Shown in pieces: positions 40,910-50,367 of a stretch of 64,000 bases of DNA. The notes beneath the pieces are model-generated. The model had not been told where the DNA came from. It did no database searches and saw only the letters and a list, made by a program, of their open reading frames with translations. Where the stretch lies: the NCBI GenBank assembly GCA_965199825.1, contig OZ241329.1:256001-320000 (forward strand). The letters are read 5' to 3'. A program made the translations under genes and the position numbers. The stretch comes from Bdellovibrionales bacterium. Its GTDB lineage: Bacteria; Bdellovibrionota; Bdellovibrionia; Bdellovibrionales; UBA1609. Each line of letters starts with the position of its first letter. The stretch's first letter is position 1.

Positions 40910-41222
40910 TTAATCCGCCTGAAGTTTTAAATTGAAGGTTTTTAAAGATTCTCGTTTCGACTGATAATGTTTCCTAAGAATCTTCGTCGCATTGCTAAAC
41001 TCCTTTAGTACAGGGTCATCCCAGTCCACTGAATCAATTGATCATATGGCTCAGCTGTGCAGAAACACCTTTTCTCGTTCCGCTTAACATCTCTAAAAGT
41101 TCTGCTCTCATGTATACCAGAGAGCCGTTGGGTATATTTTCGATCGTGGTGTTTCCAATAGCTTTATTAATTTGAGATAGCACAAAATTAATTGCCGCAA
41201 TTATTTCATCTGGTAGCGTCAC
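40910..41222 (-). pseudogene. Frameshifted immunity-like paralog 2
   Basis: After SHMI, one extra base near 41039. The shifted frame resumes IDSVDWDDPVLKEFSNATKILRKHY..., matching both intact paralogs. Confidence 0.8.
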
Positions 41223-41370
41223 TTCAACCTTTCAACAAATTTTAGGTGTTCAAAAAGCTTTCCCAATATTAGGTACTGTTTACCACTAACCGAATGACAA
41301 AAATTCGGAGTAGTTGTCCCCTCAATTGCTTCGCGTAAGATGATAATTTAATCTGAGCAAGTCCACTACA
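41219..41370 (-). pseudogene. Toxin C-terminal remnant (TNT/NADase-like tip)
   Basis: EAIEGTTTPNFCHSVSGKQYLILGKLFEHLKFVERLK*. The stop overlaps the paralog 2 start (GTGA). Confidence 0.55.
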
Positions 41371-41512
41371 CTTGCCTGAGCAGTTGCGGGTTATTAAAGT
41401 AAACCTCGTGACTGTAGCAATGAAAATAAACTTGCTTATGTCCCGCTTGATAATGCCAAAAAATAAATCAAATTTAGTCTGTGGATATTTCGATTTTTAT
41501 TTCGCATTTTCA

Positions 41513-41785
41513 TTAGGGTTTTAAATGAAAATGCGACCGTAACAATTCACGGACCTTATTTAGCTCTATCAAAGACGGCTGATCCCACTCTAGAGAATCG
41601 ATAATGATGTAACTCAATTGCGGGGAAACTTGTGTTCTTTTCTCATCACGCATCTCGACCAATTCAGCTCTGATTCTATTTAAAGCACCATAATTTTGAT
41701 TTTCGTTAACGTTTGCTTCGACATCTTTTTCAACCTCCAACAATGCTACTTCGATTGCGGTCTTGATTTTTTCGGGAAGCATCAC
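41513..41785 (-). CDS. Small helical protein, putative toxin immunity protein (paralog 1)
   Basis: 90 aa; GTGA overlap with the upstream toxin-like remnant; paralogous to the two genes downstream. Confidence 0.72.
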   Translation of the reverse strand: MMLPEKIKTAIEVALLEVEKDVEANVNENQNYGALNRIRAELVEMRDEKRTQVSPQLSYIIIDSLEWDQPSLIELNKVRELLRSHFHLKP

Positions 41786-42050
41786 TTCAACCTTTCAACA
41801 AAGTTAGATTCAGCGAGTTTGCCAAACATAAAAGATTTTTGCCCACCGCCATTATGCCCAAAGTTGGAATAGTCTCACCTTCAAACATTTCAGGACAAAT
41901 TTACCCAAAACCTGTGTTCGGTTTTAATCTGGTAATGCAAGTTTACTTCCGGGGGTAGAGTGGTCAGAATTGTTCCGGAAGTCCCAAAACGTCCGGTTTG
42001 CCAGTACGCCGGATTTTTAAATTTCAATTCATAAGAAGTTTTCGAGGGCA
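41782..42050 (-). pseudogene. Decayed TNT/NADase-like toxin domain
   Basis: Across frames: GRFGTS (41977-41994), KLALPD*N (about 41921-41944), MFEGETIP / NFGHNGGGQK...GKLAESNFVERLK*. Confidence 0.6.
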
Positions 42051-42461
42051 TAATCTGACTTTAAAAACTGTTCGAACGTTACACTAAAGGTGCCAGGAGT
42101 TTATGTCCGACGTCTGGAGAATGATCAGTGGAGCCTCGACGAAATAATTCAGGCGATGCTAAATTTCGTAATGGCTTGCTAGGCAAAGTTTTCTGCAATG
42201 GATTCATAAGAGTGAGAAAAAAACTCCCTTTGATTTTGCAATTTGAAATGCTTCACCAAAGCTCTTCATCGGAAGCGGCATTTGCGGCGAAACACATAGA
42301 TTATTCTCTCAAGTGACACTTGATAAGTGACGACGCCTGTTCGTCACAAAATATAATGGCAGCATTCTGCTTGCTGGATGTGGCACAGGCAATTAACAAA
42401 ATCGTAACCACGAAGGCGACGTGGAAATTATCAAAAACATAGCTTTGACTCAAGCGTTCCG

Positions 42462-43325
42462 TTACTGCTTCGGAGTAATCAAAAATTGGTGAGGGTTAAA
42501 CCGAACACTTTCGAAGATAATCTTGCGGCCGTAATCTTTGACTTCAAAATCTTTTGAAAGTTCATCTATAATAGCTTGGTCGTTTGGGGTGGTGGTTCGG
42601 CCTAATTCATCTTGAAATATCATTTCTGTGTACATCGAGCCGCCCGGAGCCAGTTTCAGTAAAAGAAATTTCCGAGTATCGAAACTGGCTGACACACCCG
42701 TTATCACAATACCACCCAGTTGTATTTCTGCAGTGGATGCTCCGAGTGCGGCCTGAAGGGATTTATCTTTAAATATCTTTTCAAAATTAAGTTGGTATAA
42801 ATAAAAATACTTTGTGAATGATCCTAAAGAATTGACCCACTGAACTCGCCAAACAAAAGGTTCAGGTAGCGGGCCTTCAATACTTTTAAAATTTCGAAGC
42901 GAATCAACGCGTTCGACCGTTGTCGTTGGCGACAAAGATTGAAGACGAGCTTCGATTTCTCCGATGACGTCATCTCGACCTGTGCCCCATTGACTTAGAA
43001 TGTCGATCAAAAAAAAGTTTTGTGCGATCGGATAAAGATACAAGGGTAGAAAGATATCAGGACCCGATCCTAGTGAGATCACCGACAGGCCGAAAGTTTT
43101 CGATGAATCAATTTGTGGTCTTGTACTAATAAAATTGGAAACATTGGCGTTAGGCCGTGCTGATCGTTGATCTATTTTATTTGCTTCAAGTAATTCCTGC
43201 CTTAAAGTTTTGAGTTGTTGTTCACATGCCAAGTTTGCACTTTCTGAATTAAAATAGTCCATGGATAAACAGATTCTACTGATTGAGAGAACTACCAAAA
43301 AAAGAATAGTTTTAGATTTTCGCAT
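42462..43325 (-). CDS. Hypothetical secreted protein, possible Rossmann/SAM-like motif
   Basis: Signal-like MRKSKTILFLVVLSI; VISLGSGPD. Confidence 0.6.
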   Translation of the reverse strand: MRKSKTILFLVVLSISRICLSMDYFNSESANLACEQQLKTLRQELLEANKIDQRSARPNANVSNFISTRPQIDSSKTFGLSVISLGSGPDIFLPLYLYPIAQNFFLIDILSQWGTGRDDVIGEIEARLQSLSPTTTVERVDSLRNFKSIEGPLPEPFVWRVQWVNSLGSFTKYFYLYQLNFEKIFKDKSLQAALGASTAEIQLGGIVITGVSASFDTRKFLLLKLAPGGSMYTEMIFQDELGRTTTPNDQAIIDELSKDFEVKDYGRKIIFESVRFNPHQFLITPKQ

Positions 43326-43853
43326 ATTTTTTGATACCAAATCAGAAGCGGCTGTCAATTAGTGACAACTTCGTGTCGTAAAAGTTGAGCGAGATCCAAG
43401 CTCAACTAACATTTATTTAAGCGAAGGGGTAGAATTCCGCTGGAAGTTTTCCTGCCTATCTTTGAATGCGGCTATTAAGATTCAAAATATTTTAGAAATC
43501 TGGCCGGCTAATAAAATCGATTTTACAGAGGCTCATTGGATGGATTTCGCTAGAGGATCTCCAAATCGCACGAATTTAATTGCCCACTGCTACTTTACAG
43601 TCTGATCCAGATTCCGCCATCTTGCACCCGGTGCGGATGGTTTAGATCTATTTTTTGAATGTCTTAATTAAATTTGATTTGATTATTAGAATAGATTTCT
43701 TCCAGCAAGCTCATATCTGAGAAAAAATTGTCCGAAGGATTAGTGTTCGATTGGTATAAAAATGAACTTTGTATTTGATAATTTGATTCAAAAAATGGCG
43801 TGAAGGCTAAAGAATCTCAAAAAAAAATTTACCGCCTGGGCTCTAGAAGTTTG

Positions 43854-43921
43854 AATGACAATGCCCCAATTTTTCCGGACTACACATCAGCGTTTCAAAG
43901 ATCAAAAAATGACATTGCCCC
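43854..43921. repeat. Two direct copies of AATGACA(A/T)TGCCCCAA upstream of the transposase
   Basis: Read directly at 43854-43867 and 43908-43921. Confidence 0.85.
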
Positions 43922-43976
43922 AAAATTATTTGAATAAAAATTGATTTAAAATAAAATCAGATTATACAATTCAGCA

Positions 43977-44549
43977 ATGAAACAATATAAACTATTTAAG
44001 TTTAACACCTCAAAGTCGCATGGCGGAGCTGTCACTTCTGGAAAGCGAAAGACCGCCCGCCCTCTAAATAAAAAACGCCTTCACCATATCGTTATGAAAT
44101 CAAATTTAGCAAAAGGGCGTTACAGCTTTAAAAGCTTGAGGCATCGACAAAAGATTGAAACTTTAATTCATCGTAAAGCGCAGATTTATGGAATTCGGAT
44201 CGCCGAGTATTCGAATGTGGGAAATCATCTTCATCTTGTTGTCAGATTTCAATGTCCATATTTATTTAAAAACTTTCTTAAAGTCACAATGGGGTTGATT
44301 GCTCGCATTGTCACTCACGCCAAGAAGGGTAAACAGTTTGGACGATTTTGGGATGGACTGGTTTTTAGCCGAATCATTTCGCCTGGGAGAGATCAGGCTC
44401 GTATCTTTGAATACATTGCGGCCAACGTAATTGAATCCGAAATAGGAAATTTTTTTCGTCGTCAGTATGAATTAGAATGTGAGCGTAAATGGAAGAAAAG
44501 ACGACAGGCAGCGACGGATGACTCAAAATCTTTCCGTCCAATAGATTAA
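43977..44549 (+). mobile_element. HUH/Y1 transposase-like protein (IS200/RAYT superfamily)
   Basis: HHIVMKS, NVGNHLHLVV (HUH), FW...FSRII, and YIAAN catalytic-Tyr-like helix. Confidence 0.8.
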
Positions 44550-44590
44550 TCTCGATTGGAGCTGCAATGAAGCCCCGCACAGTTCAAAAT

Positions 44591-45130
44591 CTATTTTCTA
44601 CCTTGAGGCAACATCTTCAAGATATTAGCAGCTTCACACACTTCGCGGGTTCTTAGTCTGGAAGAAAATCCTAATGAATAAAGCTCGTCAGTGTCTGGTA
44701 AAAGTTCGCCACACTCTGCATCCGTCAAATCTTTGCTCGAAACAGGAAGCGCATCGGAAGGACCTTTACAATCTTTGGTGAGTTCTTTAAGCGCTGCAAA
44801 TTTTGCGAGTGGAAGAAAATAATCTGCTGTGTCTACAGGATTGAGAACGCTGATATCGACAACATAGCGCGCAACAATCATCGCATCGATGCGGTCCATG
44901 TCTCTTTGTTTTTCGGTATAAATTTTTATTAGTTTCCGAATGCCCGCACGTCCTGGACCATACAATTGAGTGAGATCATAATTTGCGGTAGCATCAATAA
45001 TCGATTGGCTAATCTTTCTCATTTCGATTCTTTTTTCTTTAGCAAATTGAAGTGTGTTTGGTGCAGTTTGGGCAATCGCCGAACAACCAACAAAACTTGC
45101 GCAAAAACATAAGACTTTAATCATTTTCAT
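44591..45130 (-). CDS. Hypothetical exported protein/lipoprotein
   Basis: MKMIKVLCFCASFVGC signal. The start overlaps the upstream stop (TAATG). Confidence 0.65.
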   Translation of the reverse strand: MKMIKVLCFCASFVGCSAIAQTAPNTLQFAKEKRIEMRKISQSIIDATANYDLTQLYGPGRAGIRKLIKIYTEKQRDMDRIDAMIVARYVVDISVLNPVDTADYFLPLAKFAALKELTKDCKGPSDALPVSSKDLTDAECGELLPDTDELYSLGFSSRLRTREVCEAANILKMLPQGRK

Positions 45131-46227
45131 TATTCTTTTCCTTGATCGTTTAAAACAAACACGCCTCTAACACTAGCACGTCGACCGCCCGATTGATGAT
45201 TGAAAGGGACCGGCCAATAAAAATCTGAAATCCATCCGTTTTCTGTTCTCATTTGGACATCACCGTAAGGGCTACCTGGATTGTCATAAACGACGATGGC
45301 AGAAGCAGGAGCGAGTTCTGGATGGAGTTTCAATTGCGCAGAAGTTATTTCTTTAAATTTTTTAGAGTTTCTTAAAGCTGCAATTCGCTCGTTAGGTCCG
45401 TAACCCCTCAATTTTCCAGGAGGTACAATTCCAAGCGCATAGAATGCTCTTTGTACGAAGGTCCAACATCTTTGTTCACCGTTAGACGATCGGCTTCGAT
45501 GATCTAAAGCATATTTGATTAATTTTTGGACGGTCTCAGGTTTTGTATATTCATTTTTTGGAGCTCGAACAAAAACAGTCGATCCCGGAATATCCCAATG
45601 CGAAAGTCCACGGAAGCGACGATAATAAGCGGCAGGAACGTCTGGATCGTACGAATTCCTTCTTCTCGAATTGTATCGTGGAAGTGGGGTATCGTCTTCG
45701 GTACTTTGGGCAAGCGCCTGCGAAATATCCGCCGCATTGGAAGCCAACCGAATTCTGCCGTTTTGGCGGCGAACTGTATTACAGATTTTGCAATCTCCAT
45801 CGCCCTCGGTCTGAGAATTTAATCCGCCCACAATTTTTAATTTACCCTTTTGAGCCAAACTTTCTAGATCAACAATTGCGGGATCGTTTGCGGCCATTTC
45901 GATTCTTCTGCCGTCAAATGGGATCATGTCATTTTTTGGATTTAAAATAGAATTGCTGAGCAAATTAGATATGTTTATTTGATCTAAACCTTTTGAAACA
46001 GGAACGGTGATGATCGAACCTGCGCGCAATATCTTCTGACTCAAAGGCGAGCCACTATATATTGAGGTGTCGGCCAGGATTTTAACCTTTACCGATGGAA
46101 GCTCTGGTGACTGTTCTTGAGACACCGCAGAACCAAGATACAAACCAACCAATACCAAACCCAATGATTTTAAAATCATGCGAGTTGTATCAAAATGAGA
46201 AAGTTGGTTTTGAGTTGTCATCTCCAA
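45130..46227 (-). CDS. Secreted protein with a C-terminal NlpC/P60/CHAP-like peptidoglycan hydrolase domain
   Basis: RCWTFVQRAF, AIVVY, PYGDVQMRT..GWISDF; CKIC in the linker. Confidence 0.6.
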   Translation of the reverse strand: MEMTTQNQLSHFDTTRMILKSLGLVLVGLYLGSAVSQEQSPELPSVKVKILADTSIYSGSPLSQKILRAGSIITVPVSKGLDQINISNLLSNSILNPKNDMIPFDGRRIEMAANDPAIVDLESLAQKGKLKIVGGLNSQTEGDGDCKICNTVRRQNGRIRLASNAADISQALAQSTEDDTPLPRYNSRRRNSYDPDVPAAYYRRFRGLSHWDIPGSTVFVRAPKNEYTKPETVQKLIKYALDHRSRSSNGEQRCWTFVQRAFYALGIVPPGKLRGYGPNERIAALRNSKKFKEITSAQLKLHPELAPASAIVVYDNPGSPYGDVQMRTENGWISDFYWPVPFNHQSGGRRASVRGVFVLNDQGKE

Positions 46228-46271
46228 CTTACATTACAAAGGTCAGGCCATCTTCGTGATAGACTTTAAAT

Positions 46272-46595
46272 ATGAGCAGACAGCATTTTAGGGTGATTGC
46301 GCAGTTTGGTGGTGTCGTGGAAGCGCAGATTGTACAAGCATTTTTGAGCGTGCATGGAATCGAGTCAACTGTCGAGGACTTAAGCAGTACCGGGCTTTAC
46401 GCCAATCTTTTAAGTCGCAGTATCAAATTGCGAGTGCATGAGTCGCAGGTCGAAGAGGCCCAAAGCTTACTTGCACAAAAAAATCGAGATCTTGAAATTG
46501 TGACGCCGGAATATATCGAGCCCAAACCACCCAAAAATTTAAAATGGGTGATTATTTTGATTCTTGTTCTATTGGCTATTTATTTTCGATCGTAA
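46272..46595 (+). CDS. DUF2007-like protein with C-terminal TM
   Basis: EAQIVQAFLSVHGIES...IKLRVHESQVEEAQSLL. Confidence 0.75.
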   Translation: MSRQHFRVIAQFGGVVEAQIVQAFLSVHGIESTVEDLSSTGLYANLLSRSIKLRVHESQVEEAQSLLAQKNRDLEIVTPEYIEPKPPKNLKWVIILILVLLAIYFRS

Positions 46596-47977
46596 TTGTC
46601 CTGAAATCGCTTGATATCATCTTCACCGAAATAATCTCCGGTTTGAACCTCAACAAAAATCACTTGAGTCGTACCATGATTTGACATGCGATGTTTTTGA
46701 CCTCGCCGAATATAAATATGCTCACCCGGTGCAACGGTATGAACTTGATCATCTAAGGTGACTGAGGCCTGACCTTCGATCACAACCCAATGCTCATCAC
46801 GATGCACATGCGACTGATAAGAAAGCTGCTCTCCAGGATCCACCGTGATCTTTTTGACTTTATATTTTTGGGTGTCCGAGAGAATTTCGAAGCGACCCCA
46901 AGGCCGTGTTTCAAAAGGATGCTCTGTTGCTTGAGGTAAACCTGCTTTCTTTACGGTCTCTACCAGTGTCTTGACGTTTTGACTCTCACCGCGTTTTGAA
47001 ATCAACAGAGCATCGGGAGTGTCCACCACAAGCAGATCATTCACACCAACCAAACCCACAACTTTGTTGGTGATCGAGAACACAAAATTCTCGCCCGAAT
47101 CTTGTGTAAAAACCGAAGCCATCGAATCGCAATTGGTGGTGGTGGCTTCTTCATCAAGCCGTGCGATCTCGTCCCAACTTCCCATATCCGACCAGCCCAT
47201 ATCGCAAGGGATACATGCGATCGAGGAACTGATCTTTTCCATAATTCCGTAATCGATGCTGATCGATTCAAGAGTGGCGTAAGTGTATTTAAGATCTCGC
47301 AAGTCTTCTGAGACGGCCGAAATCTTTTTCCACATCTCAGGAAGATGTTTTTTAAAATGTTCTGCCATCACAGAAGCTTTAAAAATAAACATTCCCGAAT
47401 TCCAAAAATGTTGTCCCGAGGCTAAAAAGTCTTTGGCTTTTTGAGGCGTGGGCTTTTCATGAAAGCCACGAATTTTGTAGGCATGCAGATTTTGATCGTG
47501 TGCCAATTCTTGTTTTTCAACTTCGATATACCCATAACCCGTCTCGGCACTGCGAGGGGTGATTCCCAATGTCACCACAAAACCTTCGCTTGCCACTTTT
47601 TCGCCAAGGCGAACCACTTTTTCAAAAGTTTTAGGTTGTGAGATGAGATGATCAGCAGGAAAAATCCCGATGATCTCATCTTGATTTTGCTGCAACAGCA
47701 AATGGCACATCAAAGCAATCGGAGCTGCGGTGTTTTTTCCGAGAGGCTCATAGATGACTTGGGCCTCGCTCATCTCAAGCTCACGAAACAGTCTGGTAGT
47801 TAAAGGACGCATGCTCTCAAGAGTGATCAATCGTGGAGCGCCAAAGGATTGCACTCGTTCGATCGAAGTTTTTAAAAACGATTGATCATAAAATCCACAA
47901 AACTGCTTGGGATAATTTGCGCGCGAGACCGGCCACAGCCTTGTGCCGCTCCCACCTGAGAGAATGACGGGAATCAT
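46580..47977 (-). CDS. manC: Mannose-1-phosphate guanylyltransferase/mannose-6-phosphate isomerase
   Basis: ILSGGSGTRLWPVSR..PKQF, EP.GKNTAA, WNSGMF, SIDY, RPWG cupin. Confidence 0.95.
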   Translation of the reverse strand: MIPVILSGGSGTRLWPVSRANYPKQFCGFYDQSFLKTSIERVQSFGAPRLITLESMRPLTTRLFRELEMSEAQVIYEPLGKNTAAPIALMCHLLLQQNQDEIIGIFPADHLISQPKTFEKVVRLGEKVASEGFVVTLGITPRSAETGYGYIEVEKQELAHDQNLHAYKIRGFHEKPTPQKAKDFLASGQHFWNSGMFIFKASVMAEHFKKHLPEMWKKISAVSEDLRDLKYTYATLESISIDYGIMEKISSSIACIPCDMGWSDMGSWDEIARLDEEATTTNCDSMASVFTQDSGENFVFSITNKVVGLVGVNDLLVVDTPDALLISKRGESQNVKTLVETVKKAGLPQATEHPFETRPWGRFEILSDTQKYKVKKITVDPGEQLSYQSHVHRDEHWVVIEGQASVTLDDQVHTVAPGEHIYIRRGQKHRMSNHGTTQVIFVEVQTGDYFGEDDIKRFQDNYDRK

Positions 47978-48048
47978 TGTAGCTCCTCCACTTGATTTCA
48001 CACTGACATTAAGCAAATCTAGCACAAGACTTATCCAAGGAGAAAACA

Positions 48049-49149
48049 TTGATCCCGTTTATCGATCTAAAACCACAATATGAAGCCTTGCGCGATTCAA
48101 TTTCGAATCGAATTCAAAAAGTTTTAGAACATGGTCAATTTATTTTAGGACCCGAGGTCGAAGAGTGCGAAAAGGCTTTGGCCGAATTTGTGGGCGTGAA
48201 ACATGCGATTGCGGTTTCAAGCGGCACCGATGCCGCCATTATGGCGATGATGGCGTTGGGCATTGGTCCAGGTGACGAAGTGATCACAACTCCATTTTCA
48301 TTTATCGCAACCGCCGAAACGATTCTTTTGGTAGGCGCCACTCCGGTTTTGGTTGATATCGATCCACTCACATTCAATTTGGATCCGGCAAAAATTAGCG
48401 AGGCCATCACTGATAAAACAAAAGCGATCCAACCGGTGGGACTTTTTGGTCAGACCGCAGATATGAAATCGATTTGTGATATCGCCAAAAAAAATAATCT
48501 CTACGTTCTCGAAGATGCCGCCCAAAGTTTTGGGGGCACTTATCTTGGTCGTCAAAGTTGTTCACTCGGTGATATGGGCTGCACCAGTTTTTTTCCGGCA
48601 AAACCTTTGGGTTGTTATGGTGACGGCGGAGCGGTTTTTACCGACAACGACGACTGGGCAAAAACTCTAAAAGAAATTCGGGTGCATGGTCAAAGTGCCA
48701 GATACTACCACACCCGGATTGGAGTGAATGGTCGTTTGGATACTCTTCAGTGCGCGATCTTGATCGAAAAGCTTAAACGTTTTCCATGGGAAGTCGAACA
48801 ACGAAATCGCATTGCAAAACGTTACTCGCAAGAACTGAACGGAATTGATGGGATCAAAACTCCCCATGTGAACGAAGGTTGTACGAGCTCATGGGCCCAA
48901 TACACTTTGCGTGTCAAAGAGCGCGATCAATTTGCAAAATATATGACCGAGCAACAAATCCCAACAAGTGTGCACTACCCCCGATGCATTTCGGATCAAC
49001 CCGCCTATCTTGAAAACACCAAGACCGTCTCGGCTGTGGAGGCTCGACGCGCGGCTGACGAAGTGATCAGCCTTCCGATGTATCCCGATATGCCTCAATC
49101 GATTCAAGATCAGGTGATTGCGGCTGTGCGTGGGTTTGGTAAATTATAA
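48049..49149 (+). CDS. DegT/DnrJ/EryC1/StrS aminotransferase (WbpE-like)
   Basis: IPFIDL, EDAAQSFG, SFFPAKPLGCYGDGG. Confidence 0.93.
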   Translation: MIPFIDLKPQYEALRDSISNRIQKVLEHGQFILGPEVEECEKALAEFVGVKHAIAVSSGTDAAIMAMMALGIGPGDEVITTPFSFIATAETILLVGATPVLVDIDPLTFNLDPAKISEAITDKTKAIQPVGLFGQTADMKSICDIAKKNNLYVLEDAAQSFGGTYLGRQSCSLGDMGCTSFFPAKPLGCYGDGGAVFTDNDDWAKTLKEIRVHGQSARYYHTRIGVNGRLDTLQCAILIEKLKRFPWEVEQRNRIAKRYSQELNGIDGIKTPHVNEGCTSSWAQYTLRVKERDQFAKYMTEQQIPTSVHYPRCISDQPAYLENTKTVSAVEARRAADEVISLPMYPDMPQSIQDQVIAAVRGFGKL

Positions 49150-50363
49150 TAAAGCACGGTGGTGATCGCCCATAAAAAAATCAGCATGTGATTGACCTCA
49201 CCATCGGTAAAATTACATTGGGTGAGGCCACCGATATGAAAATACACCTGGCCCAAAAATGCGCTTAAGCCCAAAGTTTTAAACCATCCGAGCTCATAGT
49301 TTTTGAAAACCAAAAAGCTTGCGCGCAAAAACCAAAAATTTAGTGCGAGATAAAATCCAAATCCAAAAATTCCGAGTCCCACAAGCATTTGCAAAAGGTC
49401 TGAATGAGGATGGCCAAAAAAGGCGAAATCGGGTTGGCCTAGGTCGGCGTAATATTTTAAGATCATTTCTTTTTTCTGATGAAATCCAATCCCAAACCAA
49501 GGGTGGTCTTTGAAGGCTAAAAAATTAGCACGCCATAAAAAACTACGGGTGGCATTACTAAAATTTTGGCCATCAAAAATACTGTTAAATCGATCGATCA
49601 AAGTTTGATTGGTTAAAGTCACTACCGTCACAACCCCCAAAAATACAGGCACATACTTTAAAAACCATCGACGCGAAACTAAGACGACCCCCAATAAACT
49701 GGCTACGGCGTAAGCAACCCAAGCTCCTCGAGTCATCGAAAGTAAAACGCTTAACCCCACACTCAAATAAGCCAAAAAACTCAGAATAAATTCTTTGTTT
49801 CGCTTTTGTTTGGCCATCTGAAATGAGAGGGCGAGTGTGGTCATCCCCATCATTCCAATGGAATAAGCAAAGGTCAGTCCCATCTTAAAAAAACCCGAAG
49901 CTCTAAAAAATGGACCGATGTGATCGAGCGGCAGATGAGGTCGTGAAATATCGATCCCGGTAAAAAACTGAAACACACTGTTAAAACCAATCGCAATCAA
50001 TAAAAAACAATAAACCAAATGCCAGCGCTCCATTTTTTTTGACAAGATCAATCTCAAAACCCCGGGGAAGGCATAAACAAGAATCGCCCATCTCATCCAC
50101 CCGACCATGTCGATCCATTGACTTCTATTTTCTGAATTGATCGATGCACTCAAAACGACACAAACAAAATATCCGAGCAAAAACCAATCGGGACCGATTT
50201 TAACTTGTTGAAGTTGATGACGAATCCATTTGTATAAAAAGATGGCAGCAATCAATGAAGATGCGATTTCCATTCCGGCCATGGACGTGGCAAGAGTCAG
50301 AGTGTAAATAGCAAAAATAGATGTGATCAGATGAAACCTCTTTAGCAAAAAAGTAGAAAGCAT
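49110..50363 (-). CDS. waaL: O-antigen ligase family protein
   Basis: Polytopic; SMTRGAW, SNATRSFLW, HPWFGIG, HPHS. Confidence 0.85.
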   Translation of the reverse strand: MLSTFLLKRFHLITSIFAIYTLTLATSMAGMEIASSLIAAIFLYKWIRHQLQQVKIGPDWFLLGYFVCVVLSASINSENRSQWIDMVGWMRWAILVYAFPGVLRLILSKKMERWHLVYCFLLIAIGFNSVFQFFTGIDISRPHLPLDHIGPFFRASGFFKMGLTFAYSIGMMGMTTLALSFQMAKQKRNKEFILSFLAYLSVGLSVLLSMTRGAWVAYAVASLLGVVLVSRRWFLKYVPVFLGVVTVVTLTNQTLIDRFNSIFDGQNFSNATRSFLWRANFLAFKDHPWFGIGFHQKKEMILKYYADLGQPDFAFFGHPHSDLLQMLVGLGIFGFGFYLALNFWFLRASFLVFKNYELGWFKTLGLSAFLGQVYFHIGGLTQCNFTDGEVNHMLIFLWAITTVLYYNLPNPRTAAIT

Positions 50364-50367
50364 ATTT

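Noticed and set aside
42084..42460. AAAGGTGCCAGG half-site, the 62-aa ORF and a broken RRLFVTKYNGSILLAGCG frame
   Set aside because: Single non-palindromic occurrence and fragmented frames. Too weak to assign as a REP or a RelE-like toxin.
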